A DNA stretch of 48,191 nucleotides from Octopus bimaculoides (GCF_001194135.2 NC_069007.1:9987262-10035452); one strand, 5' to 3'; positions 9,437 through 21,240 are shown, counted from the first letter of the stretch. Numbers and translations: made by a program. Notes: generated from the letters alone by a model not told the origin.

Positions 9437-11404
9437 ATGGCCGATAAAGTTAATCTTCTAACAGCTGTCCTATGTTACATGGACAATCACGGTATTCTAA
9501 ATACTGTGAAGAACGTTTGCAAGGAATATGAGCAAATGGGAAATTGTACATTTTATTCGTTCGTCGTTGAAATTGATTCTATAGAATTTCTTAATGAAAA
9601 CCCATTTCTTGGAAATCTGCTTTTGAATTCTCCTCGTGAAGCTACGCTGCTATTTCAAGAGATTTTATATTATTATATTACACTTATTAAGCTTCTTAGT
9701 GAAGACATAAAACTTAATCAAATTTCAGTTGTAATACGTTTGATATCTATTCCTAATATTGCTGGTGTTTACGTCATAAGAACATTCTGTGACCTTCTTG
9801 CAATGCCTGCGAAAAACCGAATGATAACTTTGCAGGGTGTCGTTATGGGAATGACGGCTTTGTCAAAGTATACCCACCACACCATATATGCATGTCCAAT
9901 CACAGAATGCCCTGGATCTTCCAGTAAAGAATACATAAGAACGCATATTCCTGGTGCCACAGAAGCTGAGATAATTCGGAACAATTTTTGCTGCTTTTAT
10001 TGTGGGTCGATTTTAGAGGAAGTAAAACCATGTCGATATTTAGCTGATAAGATTATTGCTGAAGTCATTCCTTCCTGGGCATTTATGGACTCTAAAAGTT
10101 TCCGGCATCAAGCCATTCTTGTCTACATCAGAGGAGACTTAATCAAAAAAGTTGGTCTGGGAAAAGAACATCAGTTTTTTGGGATTGTCAGACGTGATTA
10201 CCAAGACAGTGAAATATTAGTTACCATTGAGGCAAATAACATTACAAACATTCCTTATGACCTTTTTGCTCGTCATTTTAAATGCTTACCAAACAGTCTT
10301 TGGGACATATTTCAAAATACATCAGAAACACCATGGAGGTTTGCTTCTAGTCTGGCATTTTACTTTGCTGATAAAATTGTACCTCCAGGAAGTTTCTGGG
10401 TGTTAAAATTAGCCATTCTTTTAAACCTTGTATGCAGTGGAAATGAGAACACTGATCCTTTACATCTTCTTGTAATTGGGGAAGAAAGCCACATTATATC
10501 CAAAATCTTGCTCTACTCTCTGAGGTTTTGTCCCCGAGCCATCAGACATACTGCCAATAATTATTTAACAGGCAAGGTAACTGCCGATACATATTGTAGC
10601 GCACCATATTTTGTGGAAGCTGGGTCTTTATTATTAGCATCGAATGGAGTATGTTATCTCGGAGATGTTTCACAATGTACGAAAAATACAACTGAAAGAT
10701 TGACATCAATCTTGATCGAAAAGAAAATTAAACTTGAAGTGGGGTCAAAGTTTACCGAAGGCCTCCCACACCTCATTGAATACCCATTAAAATGCAGAAT
10801 TTGGGCTTTTGACTCAACAAACTGTAAAATCACTGAAAAAGGTGATGATCTTTTATCAAAGAGCAATTTTGTAAGTAGATTAGGTTATCTGATGGACGCT
10901 TTTAACTTTATTGTTTTCACCAGTCCTCATGAGAATTATAACATCATGAACCACATTTTTGAAAGTTATTTTGATGACGATCACACTGCATCTATTTTAG
11001 ATTCTGATCTCCTTCAGCTTTTAACCAATTTACGAGCACAAGAAGTCAGTCTGACTGACAAAAGCGAACACATTTTGAAGACTTACTATATCGCTTCTCG
11101 AAGAGCCCGGAGCATTTCCATGGATTCTTCCCTGGTTCCAGTGTCAGCTTTGCAAGTTCTTGCTCAGATTACTCAGAGTTTTGCTAAACTGAGTCTCCGA
11201 CACAAAGCTACTGTGCCTGATGCCATTATGGCAATACGACTCTATGAAGAGGCATTAATGATGAGATTTGGAATGTCAGTATTTGATGTCCATCTCTCTC
11301 AGCAAAATGACAGTAACGATATCAACACGTTTCTCCAGTCTAATGATGCAGCCATGATGAACTTCTTTGCACAGTTTAAACAATGTTGTACCAGCTTCTC
11401 TTAA
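9437..11404 (+). CDS. MCMDC2: Minichromosome maintenance domain-containing protein 2 (meiotic MCM pseudo-ATPase), single coding exon, 655 aa
   Basis: Uninterrupted ORF from ATG 9437. Matches recalled MCMDC2 features: LQGVVMGMTALSKYT, CPITECP, YIRTHIPGATE..IRNNFCC, VEAGSLLLASNGVCYLGD, YYIASRR, A+LSLR, LYEEALMMRFG. Confidence 0.93.
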   Translation: MADKVNLLTAVLCYMDNHGILNTVKNVCKEYEQMGNCTFYSFVVEIDSIEFLNENPFLGNLLLNSPREATLLFQEILYYYITLIKLLSEDIKLNQISVVIRLISIPNIAGVYVIRTFCDLLAMPAKNRMITLQGVVMGMTALSKYTHHTIYACPITECPGSSSKEYIRTHIPGATEAEIIRNNFCCFYCGSILEEVKPCRYLADKIIAEVIPSWAFMDSKSFRHQAILVYIRGDLIKKVGLGKEHQFFGIVRRDYQDSEILVTIEANNITNIPYDLFARHFKCLPNSLWDIFQNTSETPWRFASSLAFYFADKIVPPGSFWVLKLAILLNLVCSGNENTDPLHLLVIGEESHIISKILLYSLRFCPRAIRHTANNYLTGKVTADTYCSAPYFVEAGSLLLASNGVCYLGDVSQCTKNTTERLTSILIEKKIKLEVGSKFTEGLPHLIEYPLKCRIWAFDSTNCKITEKGDDLLSKSNFVSRLGYLMDAFNFIVFTSPHENYNIMNHIFESYFDDDHTASILDSDLLQLLTNLRAQEVSLTDKSEHILKTYYIASRRARSISMDSSLVPVSALQVLAQITQSFAKLSLRHKATVPDAIMAIRLYEEALMMRFGMSVFDVHLSQQNDSNDINTFLQSNDAAMMNFFAQFKQCCTSFS

Positions 11405-11999
11405 AAACTAATCACAAACTTATACAAGCTATTTTTTTATTGGTGCTTTTTGAGTGAATACCAAGATATTTGCTTAGTACATAACTTTCACACTTGGTAC
11501 ATAGTACCTCATTGTTACATAGTTTGTTTTTTGCTGTTTTATACTTACACACTTTTCTTATATTCCTCATCATTTTGTATCCTCACTGTTTCATACACTT
11601 AATAGCCTCCTGACATAGTACCAGACACACACACACATAGTGCCCATAAATTACCTTTACAATTTGATACAATAAATAGTGGAAGTTGTAAAGATTTGTG
11701 AACACTCTGTATGATATGCATAGGCACATGCGCGCGCACACACACACACACACACATGCACACAAAACAGCTTCCTTTCATATATATATAATTTAAACAA
11801 ATATGAACTCAGGGTAGTCAGTGGCATGTATTTGAATGGCATAGAGAAATACAGGTATATCAAATACCATACAACATAAATTCTTGATTTATTGAAGTTC
11901 TCTGACTCTAAAGAGTGTATCATGATTACCAAATAGCAATGAAGACTCCTGTTGAGGAAGGGAGATAATCATAAAAATCAAGAATTTCTCCAAAAGAGA

Positions 12000-12230
12000 A
12001 AGACAGACTTTACTGTCTAGTTTTAAATAAAGAATTATTTAGTAAAATAACTTTCTCATTATTAAGCTACTGTTTGGAACATAAAATTAACATGAAATTT
12101 TGATGGAAGGTTTTTAATTAGAACACTTTAACCCTTTTGTTGCCATATTTCTGTTAAAATACACTGCCTTTATTGCAATTAATTTTTTAAATAATGAAGA
12201 AATTAATAAAATAATTTAATCATTATTTAC
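12000..12230. mobile_element. Non-autonomous repeat with TTAA|CCCTTT terminus (piggyBac-like MITE)
   Basis: TTAACCCTTTTGTTGCCATATTTCTG recurs at about 44650 and in reverse at 24270-24405 and about 43790. Confidence 0.45.
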
Positions 12231-12407
12231 AGTTTTATTCCCATATTGAAGATAATGAAGAATACAGCAAAAAGAAAAGAGAATTGAATGAGTGTTCTCT
12301 GCAATACTTCTTTATTCTTTGATTTAAATTTCAGACTTCCAAACCCACCTCAACTTAAATTAATCTAGTTGAGATTGCCTCTCTAATGATAGCTGGCCAA
12401 CAGGGAT

Positions 12408-12443
12408 GGTGGCGGTGGTGGTGGTGGTTGTAGTAGTAGTAGT

Positions 12444-12489
<46 letters not shown>

Positions 12490-12500
12490 GTAGTAGCAGC
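12408..12500. repeat. (GGT)/(GTA)/(CAG/CAA) compound trinucleotide repeat
   Basis: Visible directly; not in a gene context. Confidence 0.9.
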
Positions 12501-13039
12501 ATGAATGAGAAAGGAAGGGGTTGTAGATGAATCAGGAAGGAAGGGGTGATGGCAAACTTGGTAGTGGGATGATGGAAGTTCTATGGTGAAAAAAAAAGTA
12601 AACAGCATTTCAACTCTGCGTGAGTATATGTGTGTGTATATAAAAGGGAGTCGTGTGTGTGTGTGTGTGTGCAATGGAAATGGGATGGTGAACGTTCAAT
12701 GCTGAAAAGAAAAATCAAACAGCGTTTCAACTCTGTTTGAGTATATGTGTGTGCGTGTACAAGGGAAGTATTTGAATGTTTGTATCTGTGAGTATTATGT
12801 ACCTTATTTTCTACCTTATATATAAAATACTACAATTAGCTGTCGTTTTCGACAGCAAGAGGTCAGCTAGTTAAATATAAAACAGGACATTGAGCAAAGC
12901 ATTATTGGTGCACTTGACATGTGAAGTTGAAAACTACTGGTGCAATTGGTATGGAATCTTAATCACTACTGGTGCAGTGTGCATGCAAGGTTTAAAAGCA
13001 CTGTACAATCTGTATGGAAAGTTATACATTTTACTGGTC

Positions 13040-13200
13040 TTACTCCTTCTGAGTTCAAACCCCACCAAAGTCATCTTTGCCTTTAATCCTTTTGAGATCA
13101 ATAAAATAAGCACCTACTGAGTACTAGCGTTGATGTAAACAACTTACCCCTTTCCTCAAAATTGCTGACTCTATGCCGAAATTTGAAATCGTTACTATCA
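13040..13200 (+). mobile_element. SINE family D fragment
   Basis: B-box GAGTTCAAAC followed by CTTTGCCTTTAATCC..AATAAAATAAG..AAAATTGCTG..AAATTTGAAA. Confidence 0.7.
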
Positions 13201-14123
13201 TTATCATTGCTACAAATATTACGTGCTCTACTAGTCGGTAGGGATGGGAAGAAAGTAGCCTGGATGTTGGGTATGTAAGTGCCTAATTAAACAGAGTTTT
13301 AAAAAACGGATGAAGTAAACGGTTCCACATCCATTTTTTCACGTTTATCCGAAATTATAATGTATTTATTTGTATATGTAATATCATTCAATAAGTCCCC
13401 AACCCTATTTGTCCAGTGTATTGTCTCCTCTTTGTTTAACCCTTGTGGTTTGTATAATATCATTGAGTTTGGGAGACAACAAGTATCGTCAAGGAACCTT
13501 GAGATTGGCCTTGTACCAAATTTTGAAACCATTATTATTTTCTTTTTAATCTCACAACAGAGCTTATATCCAGGAATGATTGCATCACAAATTCAGTTAT
13601 CCAAGAGCATACAGTCACCATGCAACTCTTAACCAATAACAGTATTTACAGAATAATAAGAAACAAAAAGAAGACCAAGTATGGCTCTCACACAAAATCT
13701 ATTCTCCAAAGGTCTTTTTACTAAAATCCACCTGTACCCTCACCCCTCCCTTAAAATGCATTAAGAACTAGATTTCTATGGAGGGAACCATCAGAGAATA
13801 GCATTAGATTAAGCCGTTTCTGCAAACAATTTATTCCAGATATGTAATTGCACAAGAGAAAATCTTCTTAGTGGATATATAGATTTTAATACAGTTCTGT
13901 AGAATGGTAATGTAACAGCAGAGAGGTCTGTAAATCTTATAATTACACTTGCATACTTTGGAATATTGATGTACATTAAAGGCTGAGCAAACTAGAATGT
14001 AGATTTTTCCTGTCCTCCTGCTCAGAAGCCGGCTTAAGAGTGACATGAATAATATAGAGGAGAGAACAGTTTCAATATGGTTTCTTATGATGCTCCATGT
14101 TGCTGCCAAATTCCTCTCCCTTC

Positions 14124-14189
<66 letters not shown>

Positions 14190-14211
14190 TATGCACATAA
14201 ATAAGTGTGTA

Positions 14212-14258
<47 letters not shown>

Positions 14259-14539
14259 GGAAAAGAGTGAGAGAGATTTAGCATTTATATTGAGCATATT
14301 TCTACCTACATACATATATATTTTGTATGTATGTACGTTCGTACGTATGTATGTATAAATATGCCTGATATAACAGCCAAATCTTTATGTTTGTCTATCA
14401 ATCAATCAATTTATCTGTCTGTCTATCTTTCTAGCTACCTATCTATCTATTTATCTCTCTATCCATCCATCCATCTATTTGTCTATCTATCTATCTATCT
14501 GTCTGTCTCTATGGCGTATGTGTTCCCCCCACAGATGGA

Positions 14540-14910
14540 TGTATTGCTATCACCTGGTTAGCAATACGGGTGATTAGGCTATAGCCGACACTGCCAGATA
14601 TTTTGAGCATCTCTGCAGTGATTCCTGATGGGCTGGGGGCTTTTCCTGTCTTCATACTCTTAATTGCTTTATCTACCATAGTACTGTCAACTCAGATAGC
14701 TGGTCCCTCTGTTGGGTCGACATTCGACAGACTCTCTTTCTCCCATTCATTCTCTTTCGTAGTGGCATCTCCAAACCTCTTTCTTTGCAGCCTCATTTAG
14801 TGCAAGCTTACCATCATCCATGCAAACACATTTCTCTCCTACATCACGATTCTCTCTCACACACTGTCTTGCAACATGAAATACTTCAAGTCTTTGGTCC
14901 TCACGGTGTA
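14540..14910 (-). pseudogene. RTE-clade LINE ORF2 fragment (region between endonuclease and RT)
   Basis: KEVWRCHYE / ENEWEKESL..MVDKAIKSMKTGKAPSPSGITAEMLK, with a frameshift and a stop. Confidence 0.85.
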
Positions 14911-15096
14911 AAACTATATTTGTGTACATGTATATAAGTAATGTTTGTAAAAATATACACATGTATATATAACTATATGTAAAATACATACATTAAAACA
15001 TCATTTATATGGCTGTGTATTCCTGTGTAAAATGGTGTACTGAGTTATCTCCCTTTCTCTCAAAAAGGTAACTAATCCATCCAATAAATAACGGCT

Positions 15097-15208
15097 TCAG
15101 GTTTCAGCACAAGGCCAGCAATTTTCAGGGGAGGGGTAAGTCACTTACATCACCCCCAGAGTTCATTGGAAATGTCTTTTATCAATCCTGAAAGAATGAA
15201 AGGTAAAT
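15097..15208 (-). mobile_element. SINE family D 3' fragment
   Basis: Reverse complement of the tail at 13100-13200. Confidence 0.6.
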
Positions 15209-15792
15209 AATGATTGATAAAACCAGACTAAAGCAAAATTTGATTGATCAAAACTCCTGAAGGCATTGCTCCAGTTTGGCCACACTCCAATGGCTGAATC
15301 CAATATAGAAAACATGCAACAAGCGTAGACATGTTTTAAGTATCATAAACATCAAGGTTCCAAGTTTATTCTTGTCAAAGACTAACCAAATGTGAAACCC
15401 CACCTGATTCCTATGCCTACCATTCCTGATGTTGTAATACAGAAGCATGATTAATGTTTTGCACAAGGAACTTATATTTGGCAAAGAACCAGACACATGG
15501 GAACTATTTTGTAAAGAGGTTAAATTTGTAATTGTAATGTGCCATAAGAAAATATGGCATTAGAACAGCACTCTGTAGGAAACATTCTTTTTTAGAGAGA
15601 GACATTTAACTCTTGAAGTCCTGTGACACTTTTTCTATACAATTCTCTTGATATAAATTTAACACACACATATCATAATAAATGGCAAACTCAAACAAAA
15701 AAAAAACGACCAGTTTAGAGAAAGCTTACCAAGTCATGCCAAAGCCTTGTACCGTCATAGGCATAACAGCTGACTGCATATATATATATATA

Positions 15793-15990
15793 TTCTTTTA
15801 CTTGTTTCAGTCATTTGACTGTGGCCATGCTGGAGCACCGCCTTTAGTCAAACAAATTGACCCCAGGACTTATTCTTTGTTAGCCTAGTACTTATTCTAT
15901 CAGCCTCTTTTACCGAACTGCTAAGTTATGGGGAAGTAAACACACCAACATCGGTTGTCAAGCGATGTTGTGGGGACAAACACACACACA
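15793..15990 (-). mobile_element. Family A SINE 3' half
   Basis: Near-identical to 646-850. Confidence 0.88.
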
Positions 15991-16109
15991 CAATATATAT
16001 CGAAGCTTTGTGATTGAATTTTGTAGGCGGAAGTTACTACCGTGTGTGTATATGTCTGTGTATGTGCTTGTGCCTCTCTCCCAGAGAGTGAGAGAGGGAT
16101 ATACATATA

Positions 16110-17372
16110 TATATATTCCCACCAAGAGCCTGCAAGCCCTCTCTCATGGAGCCAACATAAAATATTATCAGCAATTACTTCTGCATGTTTTTTCCCTTCC
16201 ACTTCAACTTCAGGAGTAAATTTAAAAACAAAAGCTGACCACCAGGCTCAGAGCAGACAGTGTAGTGCTCTTCTTTGATTAGACCTGGAAATTTTCAGGA
16301 AATTCCATTTAATTCAACCATAACTTTGGTTTCATCTCTTCTTCAATCAAACAAAAGACAGGAGAAACCTCCTTTTAATTCTTATTCTTGCTGATCAGAT
16401 ACTTCACTTGTTACTTTTTCTTATGCTCTTCTATGTTTATTATGATCTATAACCAAGGATGAATCCTCTTGACCGATGAGGCATGCATCTATCCAAGTGG
16501 AAATTGCAATTTCAGCAGCCTCACAGAGTCTAGTATGGTGGCGAATACTAGCTAATGCAATGTTTGAACTGTCTCTTGTATTATATTTTCTTCTCTTTGT
16601 TATGGCTTCAGAAGATTCCTTAGAATTTTCATCTGATATTACTTCATTTTCTTCAGAAGAACCATCAAACAACTGGTAAACATCATGGCAGTGCTGTTCT
16701 TCTCTTTGCATGATTTCACTCTTCATTCTCTTCTTTTCTTCCTTCTCTCAAACAAAACCTTTCCTTTTTTTCAGTAGGAATCTGTCTCTTACTTTATAAT
16801 CAGTTGAACCCATTTGCATACTGCCTTGGCCTCCTACCTTTGTCCTCAGTGAGCTTATGAAATCTAGCTCTAGAAAAGGTATATTCTTTTCACGAGAGCA
16901 ACAACAATCAAGGTGGGAATGATTTCTTCTCTTACCAATGGGAGAACATTCCCCCCTTTGAACACAAAACTATGGAATACTTGCAGCTCAAAATATCGAA
17001 CAGTGTAGAAAAGCATTTTTCATTGACAAGTTTCCTTTACCAAGTGATGTGTGTACTGCTTTCCACTACAATCTCATTAGTTTTAGCTCATTTGTTCAAC
17101 AATGAATGATCTCCGGTGGTTTGAATTGTGCATTAGCTTTTGTCCACTGGCACAGAAGATGGGGTGTTATATTATGTACAAGTTCCTTATCTGTATAGTT
17201 CCTTATCTGTATAGTTCCTTCTGTCCTTGGAATTTTGTTTCCTAAGTAGTAACCCAAGTTTTAAAATGTCTCTAACTGTTGGAAGCTCTAATACAGGAAG
17301 CTCTTTCCCTGTACCAATTAACAGGCTCAAGTGAGATGACATCTGGCCTCTCTTCTTCAGCATTGACATCTT
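16110..17372 (-). pseudogene. Decayed DNA transposase of a widespread, poorly classified invertebrate family (recalled as cc8L18.2-like)
   Basis: SSHLSLLIGTGKELP.LELPTVRDIL, QWTKANAQFKPP, IPFLELDFI, IALASIRHH, LVIDHNK, SCLLFD*RRDETKVM, FPGLIKEEHYTVCSEPGG; many stops and frameshifts. Confidence 0.75.
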
Positions 17373-17591
17373 GTGAATATATGAAAAGCATAAAAATTCA
17401 TTTAACCAATTAAAAGATAATATAAGATTCATTTAACCAATTAAAAGATAATAGAAGAGTGATATTTTGTGTCTAATCAGTTTTTCATATAAGTTTTCAG
17501 TTATTGTTTCAAAACTACACCATATTGAAAATTAGAATAAAATTGATGTAGGTTAGAGTTATTTTAATCCATTTTGTTATATATTCATCCT

Positions 17592-17995
17592 AGGCGTAGG
17601 AGTGGCTGTGTGGTAAGTAGCTTGCTTACGAATCACATGGTTCCGGGTTCAGTCCCACTGCGTAGCACCTTGGGCAAGTGTCTTCTACTAGAGCCTCAGG
17701 CCAACCAAAACCTTGTGAGTGGATTTGGTAGACGGAAACTGAAAGAAGCCCGTCGTATATATGTATATGTATATGTGTGTGTGTGTGTGTTTGTGTGTGT
17801 GTGTTTGTCCCCACAACATCACTTGACAACCGATGCTGGTGTGTTTACGTTCCCATAACTTAGTGGTTCGGCAAAAGAGACTGATAGAATAAGTACTAGG
17901 CTTACATTGAACAAGTCCTGGGGTAGATTTGCTCGACTAAAGGCGGTGCTCCAGAATGGCCACAGTCAAATGACTGAAACAAGTAAGTAAAAGAG
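17592..17995 (+). mobile_element. Family A SINE, full length
   Basis: tRNA-like head (TGGCTGTGTGG / GGTTCAGTCC), conserved core, internal (TA)(TG)n and AAGTAAAAGAG tail. Confidence 0.92.
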
Positions 17996-18184
17996 TATAT
18001 CTCAAGTCTGGGAGGAAAAAAGGTGCAATAATTTCACTACCAAATTAGATTTTTAGTAAGTTATTAAAATTGACACACCTTACTGTCCAGGTTTCAGCTC
18101 CATACAGCAATGGATAAAGCACCATAGCCTGGTACACCTTACATTTGATGCATATAGAAACATGCCTATGCAGTAAACTGGAAT

Positions 18185-18290
18185 AATTATTAGCCTACCA
18201 GCCTTATTTTCTGAGTTCAAACTCTGCTGAGGTCGACCTTGTCTTTCATTCTTATGGGATCAATAAAATAAGTACCAGTTGAGTACTGGG
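18185..18290 (+). mobile_element. SINE family D fragment
   Basis: GAGTTCAAACTCTGCTGAGGTCGACCTT..AATAAAATAAGTACCAGTTGAGTACTGGG. Confidence 0.7.
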
Positions 18291-18302
18291 TGAGGGCAAT
18301 AT

Positions 18303-18635
18303 TGTAGTGGCGCGAAATTATGGCCGCCATTAAGGAAGTACAATCTACGCATGCGCAAGAGACTTACCTTCCCGGAAGCCCCTCGAGTGTGCATGCGTAG
18401 TAAAACCAGTACTTAAAGCGCTTGGCGCGCTTTCTAAGCTCTCTCTTTAGCGCGATGCTTTCGACGTAACAACTACTTGCTCCTCTCAGATGCCTCAACA
18501 AAGCTCTTAATGTCCAGATGCTGATTACAAGTTAACCAGCAGCTGCTAAGCTGAATGACACAGGATTTGTAAAGCCAAGCATCACCAAAATAAAACTTAT
18601 CTTTATTATGTTGTTAATTGTTCTACTGTTTCTTA
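18303..18635 (+). mobile_element. Probable solo LTR (CpG-rich, 333 bp)
   Basis: Starts TGTAG; ends TCTTA (TA rather than CA); ATAT flanks both sides (18299-18302 and 18636-18639); AATAAA at 18589 followed by a GT/T-rich tract. Confidence 0.55.
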
Positions 18636-18739
18636 ATATGTAATTTTGTTGAAAAGTGATAGAGAGAGACTAATGTCTCTATTGCAACTATCACCCCTTT
18701 TACAATATAATTGACTAAACTATTCCTGGGTCAGTGTAA

Positions 18740-18960
18740 AGAAAGCTGCATCCCTCCTGCCAAGCCATGTTGAGCCAGTGTGACAAAATTAGGCTCATCA
18801 AACCAGTATGATCTCAAGAACATGAAGAGGCTTTGTCCTACAGTGGACCGAACATAGGCAATCAAATCCAATCCGGAAACATGCCTATTTTCCCACAGCC
18901 TCTCCTGTAGCCTGCCAAATGAAGCACTAGCTACCCACCACAAAAAATGCCACCCTGGGC
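18740..18960 (-). pseudogene. Degenerate RTE LINE ORF2 C-terminal fragment
   Basis: ASASFGRLQERLWENRHVS resembles the RTE motif ASAAFGRL..VW. Confidence 0.5.
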
Positions 18961-19099
18961 AGCCTCTATCCACCTCATCACTTTTATACTACTCTAGGGG
19001 AGAATGTGAATTTACTAACAGGCTTTATTGCCTGGTCATTTTTGGAATCTGATGTTGAGATCTGAGAGATCAATATTTTTCTTGAATATACATTAGCAT

Positions 19100-19132
19100 G
19101 CACACATTTGTACACACACACACACACACACA

Positions 19133-19182
<50 letters not shown>

Positions 19183-19664
19183 CATAGAAGTACAACCGCT
19201 CTCATCCATTTATATAGACATACAGATATACATACATGTACACACATACACAGATGCTCATATTCACACACGTATACACATACACAGATGACGCAAACAC
19301 AAACTCGCGCGCACACACACACATGCATATTCAGACACTCTTTCTGCAACGCACTCACACACACAAACTCACACATACAAACTCACTTATACACACACAC
19401 ATGCACAAACTCATTTGCATAATCACATGCATTGATGCACACACACACACACACTCATGCACGCTCACACACATCTAAACACATAGAGACACACTCTTAC
19501 TCTCACACACACACATTCACACATGGAGATACACTCTCACACACACGCAAACACTCTCTTACACTCACACACACATTCATGAATATACATACTTACACAC
19601 ATACATTCCCAGACACACACTCACACATACACATTCCCAGACATGCATACAAGCGCACTCACAA

Positions 19665-19695
<31 letters not shown>

Positions 19696-19700
19696 TACAT
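19100..19700. repeat. (CA)n/(CT)n and cryptic CA-rich simple sequence
   Basis: Visible directly. Confidence 0.95.
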
Positions 19701-20157
19701 AAACGGACAGGTGTGTTAACACCTGCCTAAAAATTGTTTGCTCGTTCTTCCATCCATCACCTTGATGCTTTAACTGTCACAGAACACCTGTAGCAGAACC
19801 ATAAGACCGATATCTCAATGGTTGACTCCTCATTAATCATTAGTCATTAACTTAATCACCAAACCTGGTCTGTCAGTAAACTCCAAGAACGTGAGAGGAG
19901 CAGAGGGCGTGGCCGGAGGAGTTTCCTTCGTCACTTTAAAGACTCTTCTGTGTTTTATTGCGTGTGTGATGTCAAATGATTAACAGGTATGAAATACCTG
20001 TGGAGGAGGGTGGGGGAGCAAGAGAAAGAGGAGACAAAGACCTGCATGCATTTCACATGCTCATACACACATGCTACATACATACCTGCACATTTATATA
20101 TGATCCATATCTTCTGCATGTCCACGTATGCATACATATGAATATAAATAAAGATAT

Positions 20158-20315
20158 TGGCTGTGTGGTAAATAGCTTGCTTACCAACCACATGGTTCTG
20201 GGTTCATTCTCACTGCATGGGACCTTGGGCAAGTGTCTTTCTACTATAGCCTCAGGCCGACAAAAGCCTTGTGAGTTGATTTGGTAGATGGAAACTGAAA
20301 GAAGCCTGTCGTATA
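20158..20315 (+). mobile_element. Family A SINE 5' half
   Basis: Head and core, ending at the internal (TA)n. Confidence 0.88.
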
Positions 20316-20326
20316 TATATACATAT

Positions 20327-20487
20327 AGGCGCAGGAATGGTTGTATGGTAAGTACCTTGCTTAACAACCACATGGTTCTGGGTTCTGTCCCACTGCATGA
20401 CACCTTGGGCAAGTGTCTTCTACTATAGCCTTGGGCCAACCAAAGCCTTGTGAGTGGATTTGGGAGACAGAAACTGAAAAAAACCCG

Positions 20488-20534
<47 letters not shown>

Positions 20535-20907
20535 NNNNNNNNNNNNNNNNNNNNNNNNNNNNNNNNNNNNNNNNNNNNNNNNNNNNNNNNNNNNNNNNNN
20601 NNNNNNNNNNNNNNNNNNNNNNNNNNNACATTTGTATATACATATATACATTTATGCCAATGTATATATATATGTGTGTGTGTGTGTGTATGTGTGTGTG
20701 TATGTTTGTGTGTCTGTATTTGTGCCCCCAACATCGCTTAACAATCGGTGTTGGTGTGTTTACGTTCCCATAACTTAGCGGTTTGGCAAAAGATTCTGAC
20801 AGAACTAGGCTTACAAAGAATAAGTCCTGGGGTCAATTTGCTTGACTAAAGGCAGTGCCCCAGTATGGCCATAGTCAAATGACTAAAACAAGTAAAAAAA
20901 TAAAAGA
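20327..20907 (+). mobile_element. Family A SINE, full length, expanded internal (TA)n containing a gap
   Basis: Both halves match 17592-17995. Confidence 0.9.
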
Positions 20908-20984
20908 ATGAAAATATATATATATATATATATTTCATTTATGTGGTTTGCACACACACACACACATACATACATACTCTATCC

Positions 20985-21240
20985 AGATTACAAAGTCAGG
21001 TTTATACCTGTAATTATTGAGGCTCTGAGATATCTAACATACTACCTAAATAGCAATCTTGAGAAATTAGGCTTCTCAAAATCAAAAACGAGAAAGCTAA
21101 TTCAAACACTACAGATCCAATCCATCACTGGAAATGTACAAATCTGTAAAACTTTCCAGAAGTTTATCATTTAAATATATATGAACATGTCTAGATATGT
21201 AACTATATGCATGAGAATACATACATAAAACATACAAATC
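20985..21240 (+). mobile_element. 3' end of an RLE-type LINE (R4/Dong-like), 5' truncated
   Basis: YPDYKVRFIPVIIEALRYL..LEKLGFSK..KLIQTLQIQSITGNVQICKTFQKFII* followed by a 3' UTR. Confidence 0.7.

Noticed and set aside
12444-12500. Polyglutamine coding tract
   Set aside because: No splice context or flanking protein similarity; surrounded by other simple repeats.
13299-13532. 77 aa minus-strand ORF
   Set aside because: No recognisable domain; overlaps the family D SINE tail on the opposite strand.
19860-20000. Minus-strand coding exon after a strong polypyrimidine acceptor
   Set aside because: Stops in all three frames shortly after the acceptor; a UTR exon cannot be excluded.
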